A DNA stretch of 64,000 nt from the human T2T-CHM13v2.0 reference genome, Homo sapiens, in the NCBI RefSeq assembly GCF_009914755.1, contig NC_060935.1. One strand, written 5' to 3'. A model generated the notes under the pieces. The model did not search any database and was not told the origin of the DNA. It saw nothing but the letters and a program-made list of their open reading frames with translations. Every line of letters starts with the position of its first letter. The first letter of the stretch is position 1. Position numbers and translations under genes: made by a program. Shown here in pieces: positions 13,420 to 33,700 of this stretch.

Positions 13420-13830
13420 GAAACACCTACATAGAATTTAGCCTTTGCCAAGCACTAACCAAACACTTATGTAGGTCAGCTTGTTTAATCTTCACATCAT
13501 TCCCATGAAGTAGATTACTGGTTTTATCCTCATTTTTCAGAGGAAGAAAGTAAGAAATGCATAACTAATAAGTGGCATAACTGGGGCTGGTACCCAGGCA
13601 GTCTTGCCCCAGCTTGTGGGTTTCACGGTACCATACTGTCACTTAAACACATCTGGGTTTGAATCCCTCCTCTGCCATTTTATTGGCTGTGTTACTATGA
13701 ACAACTTCTCAAGACTCAATGTTCTTATCTGTAAAATGAAGATAAGAGTACAGCAACACTCTGAGGCTGCAGAGAGGCATAAAAAACAATTTATATCAAG
13801 CGTTTGTACAGATAAACATTCAATACATGG
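13420..13830. mobile_element. Two MIR fragments in opposite orientations
   Basis: tcctcatttttcagaggaagaaag (antisense core) and ctgggtttgaatcc..tcttatctgtaaaatgaagataa (sense core). Confidence 0.7.
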
Positions 13831-14959
13831 AGTCTCTAACACCATCTTCAATATCCCAGGCAGTAAATTTTTCATATGGCTATTAATATGGGTACAGTAT
13901 AATATGGGTATAATTATAAATATGAAAAATGCTCTAATGCTGATCCTTATGCAGAACACAAGAGTAGAGAAAATGTAATCAGTGTGAGTAGTATACAATA
14001 TAGCCAAATAATGGATTTATATGCCCAGAAATAAAAATAATAAGCTGATTCACCTCTGTGATTCAAATTTGTGGGAGTGTCAAATAAAATATTTGTTAAA
14101 AACTAATAAAGAAAGAAAGTTTCCTGTTTGAATTATCCATGAGAAATAAAATTATTTTGTGGAAAATAATGAGAATTCTAGTAAATTTATTCCACTGCAT
14201 TTTTATTTGGGTTGCCTTTTTCTTGCATTTTATTATAAAAATACATTATAGAAAACTTACAGTGACTGGATCTGGGGACACCAACAGACTAACAGGTCTT
14301 CAGATTTTTTTTTAAATTTGAACATCATGGAATGGTGTACCTGGAAGAGTGTTTAAAATGTCTTCAAGGCCTAAAATGTCTTCAAGGCCAACTCCAAGTG
14401 TATGATCCTGAATTTCAATAGTTCATGTTATTAAATTCCTGGTGAGATTCAAATTGCTTTTTACATTGAGGCAAAGCACAGACTGGGAAGTTGCTATCGA
14501 TTACAGAAACTCACCTAAGCTAAGTCTCTTAGAATCATACTAGGTAAAAACCCAAAGGGGGGTCATTTATTTACAAGTAGCTGGGAATTTGTTCCATCAT
14601 CCGTTTCCTTTTTTTTTTTTTTTTTGTATTTAACCACATATTTATCATTTCTGGTGCACTTTATTCCTTTGTTTAGGTATTATTTTTGCCTCTGCCTGAA
14701 GCGCTTCTTTGAATATTTCTTGAGCAGGTGTGCTGGTGATGAATTTTTTCGGTTTTTGCATATCTGAAAAAGTTTATATTTCATTTTCTTTTTCTTTTTC
14801 TTTTGAAATAATATAGGCTTACAAGAAGATGCAAAAATAGTTAATAGAGTCAATCTCAAGAGCCCTTCACCCAGTTTCCTCCAAGAGTAGCATCTTATTT
14901 CCCTTTTATTTGCTGAAGACTCCTATGACATTTCAAACTTTTTTCAATGGCCTCCATGT

Positions 14960-15130
14960 AAATGGTGGATCTGAGACTCAGAAAAACTAAGTGCAGTTTA
15001 TCTAAAGTCACATGAGTGATTGGTGAATCAGCTTTGAGACTCAGAAAGATGAAATGCAGCTTATCTAAAGTCACATGAGTAATAGGTGACAGAGACACAG
15101 CTGGAACCTGGGTGGCTCATCACCCAGACT
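14960..15130 (-). mobile_element. MIR fragment with internal 62-bp tandem duplication
   Basis: tgagactcagaaa..gtcacatgagt.at.ggtga at 14972 and 15034. Confidence 0.65.
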
Positions 15131-16118
15131 GTCCCCTTCCCAATACAGCCACCACCTTCCACTTTTACTCCCTCAGGCTTTGACAAGTCAAAAAGCACTG
15201 CCACTAAAATTCAGGAGAAAAGCCTCACAGAAGGGATAGCTGACTTGTTAGCTCTGCATTCTGCTAAGAATATTCATCAGCACAGTCTCAGAAAATCTTT
15301 CTCCCTCCACTGCAAAGGCTTATTGTTTATAAGGTAGAAATGAGAACACATGGATTATTAGTACTGTATGCTTTCTGCCTTTCCAAGGGAGACAAATTCT
15401 CCCTCACAGGATCTCTTGCTGAAGTGGTGTCAGAATGAGCCTTGTTCACAGGTGAGAACAACATTGATGCCATCATTTAATTAGTCCCCTTGAATAGAGT
15501 TTTGGTCTCACAAGGAAATAACTTGCATTCTTCCTTCTAAAAGTACCAAATGTCCTTCTAGTCTCTAGGGAGAGTTCACAAATTATCCAGAAGGAAGGAA
15601 ACTAGGATATTTCAGAACCTGATATTGAAGGGTCAGTGTTTATAAGGAAATCACTGACTGAACAACAACAAAATCAACAGCACTTATTGAGCATCTCTTG
15701 CATTCTAGGCATAGGTCCTAGGCCCTCTCACATCCATCCTCTCTTTTGTCTCCCCCCTTCAAAGCAAAGAGAGAAGAATCACTGTCCATTATCCACACCT
15801 ATACTACGTAGCATGCTAAAATATCAAGGGAACTACAGTCAGAACAATCTGAATTGGAATTACACTTCCACCGTTTTGACCATTCAGTAAGTGTTTATTA
15901 CTCAGCCCCTAGCTAATAAAAGACAACACTTTGCTAAATGCCAGGACTATCATGGTGAATATGATGAACCTGGCTCCCAGCAGCATGGAGCTTATATTCT
16001 AAAAGGGGCAGTGGCCACCTGCCAACTAAAGCAGGAAGGAAAACTAAACAAATAGAATAATTACAAAATAAAATATATGGAATTGCTGGGTAAATTGTAT
16101 AAATATTTTTAATGCCAA

Positions 16119-16772
16119 TATTACTGGCCAGATCCAGGTCCATTCTGCCCACCTACAGTAAATCAATCACTGCAACTCGGGTTTTGCCGAGGAGAAAATA
16201 TTTATTTGCAAAGCAAGCAGGCAGGAGGAGCAGCTCTCAAACCTGCCTCCCCAAAGATAAGGCTTAGGGATATTTATGGGTTAGGGAAGTGAGGTGGTCT
16301 AAAGCATGGAGAAAGGTGACTGGCAGTGGGGGAAAATGAAGTAATGGGTTTGCTCTGAGCAAGCATAGTCTGGGTTAAGGGCATTTCGTAGGACATATGT
16401 ACATAAAATTGTAACGTTAGCCTAATCTGAAGGTGGAGGTGTTTGGCCTCCGATGTCAAAATGACATCTTTCCAATACTGTGCAGGTCCAATTCAAGGGT
16501 CAGTGGTCTCACTGGTTTGAAATGGACAGGAGCTGACCCAAGTTCCTGAAAAACAACTGAAACAACCATTGCTACAGTGACCTATGAATGTTATCTACAA
16601 AGTAGAAAACATCTACTAAATTAGAATCTACGAAGTTTCTATAAGCTCTTGTACTCTTTTCAGCTATCCCGGCCTTCAGCTTTATGGAAAAAGGAAAAAT
16701 AAAAATAAAAAAAATCAAACAACCAAAAGGAAGCAAGGCAGGAAGACCTAATCAAATTAACTTTTCAGTTTC
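16119..16772 (-). mobile_element. ERV1-type solo LTR (family uncertain)
   Basis: Antisense LTR 3' pattern (cagtaaatcaatcactg..gggttttgc..atttatttgc..ctctcaaacctgcctcccc..agggatatttatggg), ending cagtttca. Confidence 0.7.
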
Positions 16773-17044
16773 ATTGATAAATGTTGATCAATTTCTCTCC
16801 AAAAAGGCAGCATTGCTTTACCTTCCTGCCTAAGCCCAACAATCCCGCTTTTAGGAATTAATCCAACAGATACAGTCCCACATGTTTACAATAGAATTGC
16901 TGAGTAAGAGGGATAGACATGTTTAATACTTATTCATATATGCAACAATCTTTGTAACAATTTATGTTTGTAAACATTTGTAACCTTTTACATTTCCAAT
17001 ACCCTTGTCTGTATTGCCACATACACCCTGCAATTCTCCCACAC

Positions 17045-17533
17045 TAGATGAATTTTATTCTAAGCCTTCTCCAGACCTATTTCCTGAAAGCATTCAGAAA
17101 GTCACAAAATAGGGAAGATTTAATTTATATAAATTTGTGTCACCAACTTCAAAAGGCACATCAATATTGCTCAGCAATCCTAGTATATTGCTTTAGTCAA
17201 CACATGTTCCCAACTCTCAAGAACCATGTATAACCTTTCTCACTTTCTTCAAAATTCCCTTCCCCAACCTGCAGTCTCCACTCTACACCTTTAACTCAAA
17301 GACTCCCTGTCAGTCTTGACAAAATTTACTTAGAGATACATTGTAATCTAGAACCTACCTTTCTTTTTTTCCCCTCCCTCTCTCCTTCATAGGAGTTATA
17401 CCTGAATTATTCCTGGTAGCTTCTCCCACCTTCCTTCACTAGTTTTTCCCCAATAAATCTCTTGCATATTTATCTTAGTAGCTGCATAGTATTTCCAAAC
17501 TAATGTCTGCTTTTCACAGAACCGGGACTGATA
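17045..17533 (+). mobile_element. Old LTR (ERVL-like) fragment
   Basis: cccaataaatctcttgcat...gtctgcttt..gaaccgggactgataca 3' end. Confidence 0.55.
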
Positions 17534-17539
17534 CAGAAT

Positions 17540-18072
17540 ATATAAGGAACTACCTTATAAGATAAACAAGATAAAGACAGACTACCATGTGAGACTTAAA
17601 CAAGCACTTCAGAAAAGATGGAAAGTAAACATGTAAGAAAGTTGGGGGGTGGTTCACCTCTTAGTTATCCTGAAAAAAATATGTAAAACCACAATAAAAT
17701 ACCACAGCAATGCTCTCTCCACATGGCTAAAATTAAAGACTGTCAATACCCAGTATTTGTTGTCAATATAGAGGAGTGGTATCTCTCATGCCTGCTGGTA
17801 GAAATGTGCATTTGTTGTTTAAGTGTATGTTGGAAAACTATTGGATATTATCTACTAATGTTGAATATATGTATATATATGTATGTGTATATGTGTATAT
17901 ATATGCCATGACTCAGACTCCACTCTTAGGTAGAAATCCAAAACAAAAGTGTGCATTTGTACATTGGAAGACACATCATCAAGAGTGTTAATAAAGCATT
18001 ATTTGTAACAGCACAAAATTGGTAACAAGCCAAATGTTCATCAATAATAGAATGGATTTAAAAAGTGATGGT
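17540..18072 (+). mobile_element. L1ME-like 3' fragment
   Basis: aaaaccacaataaaataccac..atggctaaaattaaagactg..ccactcttaggta..aaatgttcatcaata. Confidence 0.7.
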
Positions 18073-19775
<1,703 letters not shown>

Positions 19776-19838
19776 TCTTTTAATTAGCACAGTTTCAATT
19801 TCTTATTATAGAAATACCATCAAATAGAAAATGTCAAT

Positions 19839-21115
19839 TTTTTTTTTTTTTTTTATTGATCATTCTTGGGTGTTTCTCGCAGAGGGGGATTTGGCAGGGT
19901 CATAGGACAATAGTGGAGGGAAGGTCAGCAGATAAACAAGTGAACAAAGGTCTCTGGTTTTCCTAGGCAGAGGACCCTGGGGCCTTCCGCAGTGTTTGTG
20001 TCCCTGGGTACTTGAGATTAGGGAGTGGTGATGACCCTTAACGAGCATGCTGCCTTCAAGCATCTGTTTAACAAAGCACATCTTGCACCGCCCTTAATCC
20101 ATTTAACCCTGAGTGGACACAGCACATGTTTCAGAGAGCACTGGGTTGCGGGTAAGGTCATAGATCAACAGCATCCCAAGGCGGAAGAGTTTTTCTTAGT
20201 ACAGAACAAAATGGAGTCTCCTATGTCTACTTCTTTCTACACAGACACAGCAACAATCTGATTTCTCTGTCTTTTCCCTACATTTCCCCCTTTTCTATTC
20301 GACACAACTGCCATCATCATCATGGCCCATTCTCAATGAGCTGTTGGGTACACCTCCCAGATGGGGTCGTGGCCGGGCAGAGGTGCTCCTCACATCCCAG
20401 ACGGGGTGGCGGGGCAGAGGCACTCCCCACATCTCAGACGATGGGCGGCCGGGCAGAGATGCTCCTCACTTCCTAGATGGGATGGCGGCCGGGAAGAGGC
20501 ACTCCTCACTTCCTAGACTGGGCAGCCGGGCAGAGGGGCTCCTCACATCCCAGACGGGGCGGCGGGTCAGAGGCGCTCCCCACATCTCAGATGATGGGCG
20601 GCTGGGCAGAGACGCTCCTCACTTCCTAGACGGGGTGGCGGCCGGGCAGAGGCTGCAATCTCGGCACTTTGGGAGGCCAAGGCAGGTGGCTGGGAGGTGG
20701 AGGTTGTAGCGAGCCGAGATCATGCCACTGCACTCCAGCCTGGGCAACATTGAGCACTGAGTGAACGAGACTCCATCTGCATTCCCAGCACCTTGGGAGG
20801 CCGAGGCTGGCAGATCACTCCCGGTTAGGAGCTGGAGACCAGCCCGGCCAACACAGCGAAACCCCGTCTCCACCAAAAAAATATGAAAACCAGTCAGGCG
20901 TGGCGGTGCGCGCCTGCAATCGCAGGCACTCTGCAGGCTGAGGCAGGAGAATCAGGCAGGGGGGTTGCAGTGAGCAGAGATGGCAGCAGTACAGTCCAGC
21001 TTCGGCTTGGCATCAGAGGGAGACCATGGAAAGAGAGGGAGAGGGAGACCGTGAGGAGAGGGAGAGGGAGAGGGAGAAGGAGAGGGAGAGGAAGAGGGAG
21101 AGGGAGAGGGAGAGC
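19839..21115 (-). mobile_element. SVA retrotransposon, full-length with a short VNTR (older SVA_B/C-like)
   Basis: On + strand: polyT, SINE-R (attgatcattcttgggtgtttctc..), VNTR ~20355-20650, Alu-like region, (GGGAGA)n hexamer 21035-21115. Perfect TSD gaaaatgtcaat at 19827-19838 and 21116-21127. Subfamily call is from recalled diagnostics (ggtcatagatcaacagcatcc, aaaatggagtctcctatg). Confidence 0.97.
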
Positions 21116-21219
21116 GAAAATGTCAATGTTAAGCAGGATTTTCATGTAAAGGTGGCAAATCACAAAATCTCCCTTCCTTGATACGTATTCATTCTTTTTT
21201 GTTATTTTTATTTATTTAA

Positions 21220-23648
<2,429 letters not shown>

Positions 23649-23649
23649 T

Positions 23650-23792
23650 GAGAGAGAGAAAAAAATGAAAGAAAGACAAGAAGGAAGGAATGAAGGAAGG
23701 AAAGAAGGAAAAAGAAAGAAAGAAGAGAGAGAAAGAAAGAGAAAGAGAAAGAAAGAAAAAAGAAAGAAAAGAAAAGGGAAAAGAAAGAGAAG
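23650..23792 (+). repeat. Purine-rich (GAAA/GAAG)n simple repeat
   Basis: Visible directly. Confidence 0.9.
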
Positions 23793-24083
23793 ATTGCATG
23801 GAGCGATAGAGAAGTACATAGTCAGTAGTCTAAGGGCACATCATATACCTGGAAAAACTAATACGGAATCGCTGGCCTCCATCCAACCCTGGCTAAGCTA
23901 TTGAATTTCAATGATAAATAAAGTATTCCCATGGCCTTTGGGCAGGAAAACGTAAGTGCGTGTGAGAATAACCTCCAGCCAGCCTCAGAGCCTTCCATAA
24001 CCCCAGCCAGAGCTAGATGACAATAAAGCCAGAACTTAAAGGAAGAACTGAAGAAAAGGAAAATGAATCAAGAATATTCTCCC

Positions 24084-27460
<3,377 letters not shown>

Positions 27461-27789
27461 AAAAAGATAACTGTAAAAAATATAAATATAGAAGACATGA
27501 AGTGAGAAGCTGCCATGTCCAGAGTGAAGAAAAAGGGCCCAAGCAAAGGCTCATTCCCATTGCCACCCAAAGAAGACAAAAAAAGATGAGACACTAAATA
27601 AAACAAAAATCACTATGAAAGCACACAGGCAGAATTTATTATAAGTTTGTCAGAAATCCACTGTCAAGATTAAAAGAAGAGACAGGTGTTTTGCTAAGGC
27701 AATCTGCTCTGAAGTTACCAACAAATAAGAGTCCAGGGAAGCTTTAGGCTCCTTGATGCTGTTGACCATCAAAGACTAAAAAGCTGGAT

Positions 27790-30700
27790 CCAGAAGAGGT
27801 GACTGTGAGGCAAGAGCAAAGCCAGAAGAGGACACTAGGAGGCAGAAGATGGATTCGAGTGGCCACTATGAGGCCAAAGATGGGCCAGAAGAGGCCATCG
27901 TGAGACAGGAGCTGGTATAACTGAGACCACAGTGAGACAGGAGCTGGGACTTGGGAGGCAGACGTGAGGAAAGAGATGGGCCAGGTGAGGATAGTGAGAG
28001 GCAGTAGCTGGGCCTAGAGAGGCCAGTGTGAGGCAGAAGCTGGGTCTATTGAGGCAGCCTTAAGAAGCCATTGTCAGGCAAAAGCTGGGCCTGTTCAGGC
28101 TGCCACAAGGAAGGCAGTGAAACTGGAGGGCTGGACTTGAGAAAGTTTTGGGTCTACAAAGGCTGCCAGGAGCTGGACAGGAGCGGAGTCCAAAGAGGTT
28201 GTTGTGAGGCAAAAGCTGAACTGGTAGATGCACCTGGGAAGAACAGATGGGCCAGAAGAGGACACTGGGAGGCAGCAACTGGGACTGGAGAGGCAGACTT
28301 GAGAAAATCCTGGGTCCACAGAGGTGGCCAAAAGGAAAAAACTCGGCCTGGAAAGACCATTGAGAGTAATGAGGTGGGACTGAAGAGCTCATTTGAAGGC
28401 AGCAGCTGGGGCTGTCGAAGCTGCTGAAAGGCAGGAGTTTTGGATTGGGAAGGCCACAGTGAGGCAAGAGCTGGGCATGGAGAGTGCGCTGTTAGGCAGA
28501 GGCTGGGCCACTACAGGCATTTGAAAGGTAAAAGCATGAGGTGGCTTGGGTCTAAAAAAAAAACACTCAAAGACAGGAGCTGGGCCTGGAGAGGCTGATG
28601 GAGAAAGTTTTTCACCTGTAGAGGCAGACGGGAGGCAGGAGCTGGGCTTGGAGAGGCCGGCTTGAGGAAGCTTTGGTCCTAAAAAGGTCAACGGGAGGCA
28701 AAAGCTAAACGTAGAGAGGCCGACATGAGGAAGTTTTGTGACAAGAGACCCACAAAAGGCTGGAGCCGAGACTGGAGACTTGAGGAAGATTTGGGCCTAC
28801 GAGGCAAAAGGTGGGCATGGAGGGCCCACAAAGGCTGGCAGGAGCTGGGCAGGAGCTGAGCCCAAAGAGGTTGTTTGTTGTGAGGCAGGAGTTGGGCCTG
28901 TCGATGAAGCCAGAAGGAAGAGGAAGAGCTGGGCCTGGAGAGGCCGCCAGGAGGGAGGCAGAGGCTGGGCCTCTAGAGGCCAATGGGAGGCAGGAGCTGG
29001 CCCTGAAGGGGCCCACTTGAGGATGCATTGCACCTGGAGAGGCTGCCGGGAGGCCGGAGCTGGGCCTGGAGAGGCAGACTTCAGGACGATTTGGGCCTGC
29101 AGAGGATGCCAGGATGCCCAAGCTGGGCCTAGAGGAGCTGACTAGAGGAAGTATGGGGGCCCAGAGACACCATCAGAGGGCAGGAGTTGAGCCTGGAGAG
29201 GCCACCATGTGGCTTGAGCTGGACCCAGAGAGCTTGACTTGAAGAAGTTTTGGGCCTATAAAGGCCACCAGGAGCTGGGCAGGAGCTGAGTCCAAAGAGG
29301 TTGCTCTGAGGCAGGAGTTGGGCCTGTCAACGCAGCTGGGAAGAAGAGCTGGGCCTGGAGAGGATGCCAGGAGGCTGTAGCTGGTCCTGGAGAGGCCAAC
29401 TTGAGGAGGTTCTGGGCCTGAAGAGGCCGCCAAAGGGGACAAACTGGGCCTGGAAAGACCACTGTGAGGAGTGAGCTGGGCCTAAAGAGGCCATCGGGAG
29501 GCAGGAGCTGGGCCTGTCGAAGGTGCCAGAAGGCAGGAGCTTTGGACTGGTGTGGCCACAGTGAGGCCAAGAGCTGGGCATGGAGAGTCTGCTGTGAGGC
29601 AGAGGCTGGGCCTGTATAAGGGCCCTTGGGAGGCAGGAGGCTAGGCCTGGAGAGGCCGACTGGAGGTCAAGTTCTGGGCCTGAAGAGGCTACCACAAGTC
29701 AAAAGTGCGTCCTGGGAAGGCCACAGAGAGGCATGAACTGGGCTGGGCCTAAAGAGGCGATTGGGAGGCAGGAGGAGCTGGGCCTGGAGAGGCTGACTAG
29801 AGGAAGTTGTGCACCTGGAGAGGCTGCTGAGAGGCAAGAGCTGGGCTGGGGGAGGCCGACTTGAGGACGATTTGGGCCTGCAGAGGCCACCGGGAGGCAG
29901 GAGCTGGCCCTGGAGAGGCTGACTTGAGGGCAAATTGGGCCTGCAGAGGCCACCAGGAGGAAGAGCTGGGCCTGGAGAGGCCAACTGGAGTAAGTTCAGG
30001 AACTGGAAAGGATGCAAAGGAGCAAATGCTAGGCCTGGAAAGGCCACCATTGAGGCATGAGCTTGACCTACGGAGGCCACTGGGAGGCAGGAGCTGGGCC
30101 TTCAGAGGCTGTGGAAGGGCAGGAGCTTGGCCCGAGGATGCCACAGCGAGGCAAGAGGTGGGCCTGGAGGGCCTACTGCAAGGTGGAGGCTGGGCCTGGA
30201 GAGGGCGCCAACAGGCAGGGGCTGGGCCTGGAGAGGCCACGAGAGGCATGAGCTGGGCCTCAACAGGCCAGTGTGGGGGAAGACCTCAGCCCAGAGAGGC
30301 CAGTGTGAGGCAGGAGCTCACACCTCTGGGTGGGTTGCAAGAGGTATGAGTTGGGCTGAAACAGGCCGCTGTGAGGGAGGAGCTGGGCCTGTTGAGTCTG
30401 CTGGGAGGCAGGCAGGAACTTGGTCCCAGGAAGCTGCCATGAGGAAAGAGCTGGGCCTGGAGAGGCCCCTGGGAGGCAAGAGCGGGGCCTGCAGAGGTTG
30501 CACTCCAGTCAGAGCTGGGTCTGTGAAGGCCACAGGGAGGCAGAAAGTGGGCCTACAGAATTTTGGCTGGAGAAAGGTTTGGGCCTACAAAGGCTGGTGG
30601 GAGCTGGGCAGGAGCTGAGCCCAAAGAGGTTGTTTGTTGTGAGGCAGGAGTTGGGCCTGTTGACTCAGCCAGGAGGAAGAGGAAGAGCTGGGCCTGGAGA

Positions 30701-33700
30701 GGTTGCCAGGAGGGAGGCAGAGGCTGGGCCTCTAGAGGCCAATGGGAGGCAGGAGCTGGCCCTGAAGGGGCCCACTTGAGGACGTGTTGTGCCTGGAGAG
30801 GCTGCCGGGAGGCCAGAGATGGGCCTAGAGAGGCTGACTTCAGGATGATTTGGGCCTACAGAGGCTGCCGGGAGGCCCAAGCTGGACCTAGAGAAGCTGA
30901 CTGGAGGAAGTTTGGGGGCTCGAAGACACCATCGGAGGGCAGGAGCTGAGCCTGGAGAGGCCACTGTGAGGCCTGAGCTGGGCCTGGAGAGCTTGGTTTG
31001 GGGAAGTTTTGGGCCTACAAAGGCTGCCAGGAGCTGGGCAGGAGCTGAGTCCAAAGAGGTTGCTGTGAGGCAGGAGCCAGGCCTGTAGACACAGCCGGGA
31101 GGAAGAGCTGGGCCTAGAGAGGATGCCGGGAGGCTGCAGCTGGGTCTGGAGAGGCAGACTTGAGGAGGTTCTGGGCCTGGAGATGCTGCCAAAGTGGACA
31201 AACTGGGCCTGGAAAGGCCATTGAGAGGAGTGAGCTGGGCCTAAAGAGGCCATCAGGAGGCAGGAGCTGGGCCTGTCAAAGGTGCCAGAAGGCAGGAGCT
31301 TTGGACTGGGGTGGCCGCAGTGAGGCCAAGAGCTGGGCCTGTATACAGGCCCTCGGGAGGCAGGAGGCTGGGCCTGGAGATGCCGACTGGAGGTCAAGTT
31401 CTGGGCCTGAAGAGGCCACCAAAAGTCAAAAGCAGGGCCTGGGAAGGCTGCCGAGAGGCATGAACTGGGCTGGGCCTAAAGAGGCGATTGGGAGGCAGGA
31501 GGAGCTGGGTCTGGAGCGGCTGACTGGAGGAAGTTGTGCACCTGGAGAGGCCACTGAGAGGCAAGAGCTGGGACAGGGGAGGACAACTTGAGGACAACTT
31601 GGGCCTGCAGAGTCCACCGGGAGGCTGCAGCTGGGTCTGGGGAGGCCGACTTGAGGTGGTTCTGGGCCTGGAGAGGCCGCCAAAAGGAACAAACTGTGCC
31701 TGGAAAGGCCATTGTGAGGAGTGTGCTGGGCCTAACAAGGCCATCGGGTGACAGGAACTTGTCCTGTAGAGGCTGATTTGAGGAAGTTTTGCACCTGGAG
31801 AGTTCATTGAGAGGCAAGAGCTGGGCCTGGAGAGGCAGACTTCAGGACAATTTGGGCCTGCAGCAGCCATGAGGAGACAGGAGGCTGGCCCTCGAGAGGC
31901 CGAGATGAGGACTATTTTGGCCTGCAGAGTCCGCTGGGAGGAAGAGCTGGGCCGGGAGAGGCCAACTAGAGGAAGTTCAGGGCCTGTAGAGGATGCAAAG
32001 AAGCAAACGCTAAGCTTGGAAAGGGTGTCGAGAGGCATGAGTTTGGTCTACAGAGTCCACTGCGATGCAGGAGATGAGCCTGTAGAGGCTGATTTCTGGA
32101 CAATTTTGGGCTGCAGACACCGTTGGGAGGAAGAGCTTGGCCTGGACATGCTGACTGGAGGAAGTTTTGGGCCTGGAGTGGATGTCAAAAAGCAAAATCT
32201 TGGCGAGAAAAGACCACCAGGAGGCCCGAGCCTTGCCTATAAAGGACATTGAGAGGGAGGAGCTGGGCCTGTAAAGGCTGCTGAAAGGCAGGAGTTTGGC
32301 ATGAGGAGGCCATGATGAGGCAAGTTGTGGGCCTTGAGGGTCTACTGTGAGGTAGAGTGTGGGCCTGTGTAGGCCGATGTGAGGCAAGAGTTGGGCTGGG
32401 AGGAGCCGTCTTTTGAACAATTTGGGCCTACAGAGGCTGCCAGGAAGCAAGAGCTGTGCCTGGAGATTCCTCCTCTTGGCATGAGCTGGGCCTATAGGAG
32501 CCATTGTGAGGCAGCACCTGGACTTGTCGAGACTGCTGGGAGGCAGGCCGATTTGTGGCCTGGGGAGGTCACCGTGAGGCAAAGGCTCTTTTTGGAGGAT
32601 GCCATGAGGCAGACAGAAACTCGGCTTTTGGAGGCCACCGTGAGCGAATAGCTGGACCTGTAGAGGCTGCCGGGAGGCTGAAGGTGGGCCTGGAAAGCCT
32701 GACTTTAAGAATTCTGTGGCCTAAACAGGCTGCCAGCAACTCGGCAGGAGTTGGGCCAAAGGAGGTTGTTGTGAGGCAGGAAATGGGCCCGTAGACACAG
32801 CCGGGAGGATGAGCTCATCCTGGAGATGCTGAATTGAGGACATTCTAGGCCTGGAGAGGCTGCAAAAGGTAAAATCTGTGCCTGGAAAAGTCACCCTGGG
32901 GCATGAGCTTGGCCTAAAGAGGCCATTTTGAGGCAGGAGCTGGGTCTGTAGAGGTTGCTGAAAGGCAGCTGCTTGGCCTGAGGATGCTACAGTGAGACAT
33001 GAGCTGGGTTTGGAGGTTCCACTGTGAGGTAGAGGCTGGGCCTGTAGAGGCCAACAGTAGGCAGGAGCTGGGCCTGAAACTGCTGATTTGAGTAAGTTTG
33101 CAGCTCTGAGAGTATGCCAGGAGGCAGGAACTGGACCTGGATAGGCAATGACCGGCATGAGTTGGGCCTAAACAGCCCAGTGTGAGGGAGGACCTGTGCC
33201 TGTCGAGGCTGCTGCCAGGCAGGCAGAAACTTGGCCTAGGGCAGCTGCCATGAGGAAAGAGCTGTGCCTGGAGAGGCCCCTGTGATGCAAGAGCAGGGCC
33301 TGCAGAGGTTGTTCTCAAGTCAAAGCTGGGCCTGTACATGCCACCAGGAAGTAGAAGGTGGGTCTGGAGAGTTTGACATGAGGAAGTTTTGGGCCTATGG
33401 CAGCCGCCGTGGGCTGTGCAGGAACTGGGCCAAAAGAGGTTGTTGTGAGGCAACAGTTGTGCCTGTAAACTCAGCCAGGAGGAAGAGCTGGGCCTGGAGA
33501 AGCCACCATGAGGCAGAGGCTGGGCCTGTAGAGGCCGATAGAAGGCAGGAACTGGGCCTGGAGAGGCCAACTTGAGGAGTTTTGGGCCTTCAGAGGCTGC
33601 CAAGGGGGGCAGTAGTTGGGACTAGAGAGGCTGAATTTAGGAAGTTGTGGGCCTGGAGATGACATCCTAGGACTGGAACTGGGCCTGGAGAGGCCACCAT

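Noticed and set aside
13604-14007. Overlapping 122-124 aa ORFs on opposite strands
   Set aside because: Overlap a MIR and AT-rich sequence; no recognisable domain.
14354-14389. Perfect 18-bp tandem duplication taaaatgtcttcaaggcc
   Set aside because: Ordinary slippage duplication with no functional context.
19860-21163. ORFs including a poly-RG / poly-LP tract
   Set aside because: SVA SINE-R, VNTR and (CCCTCT)n hexamer translations.
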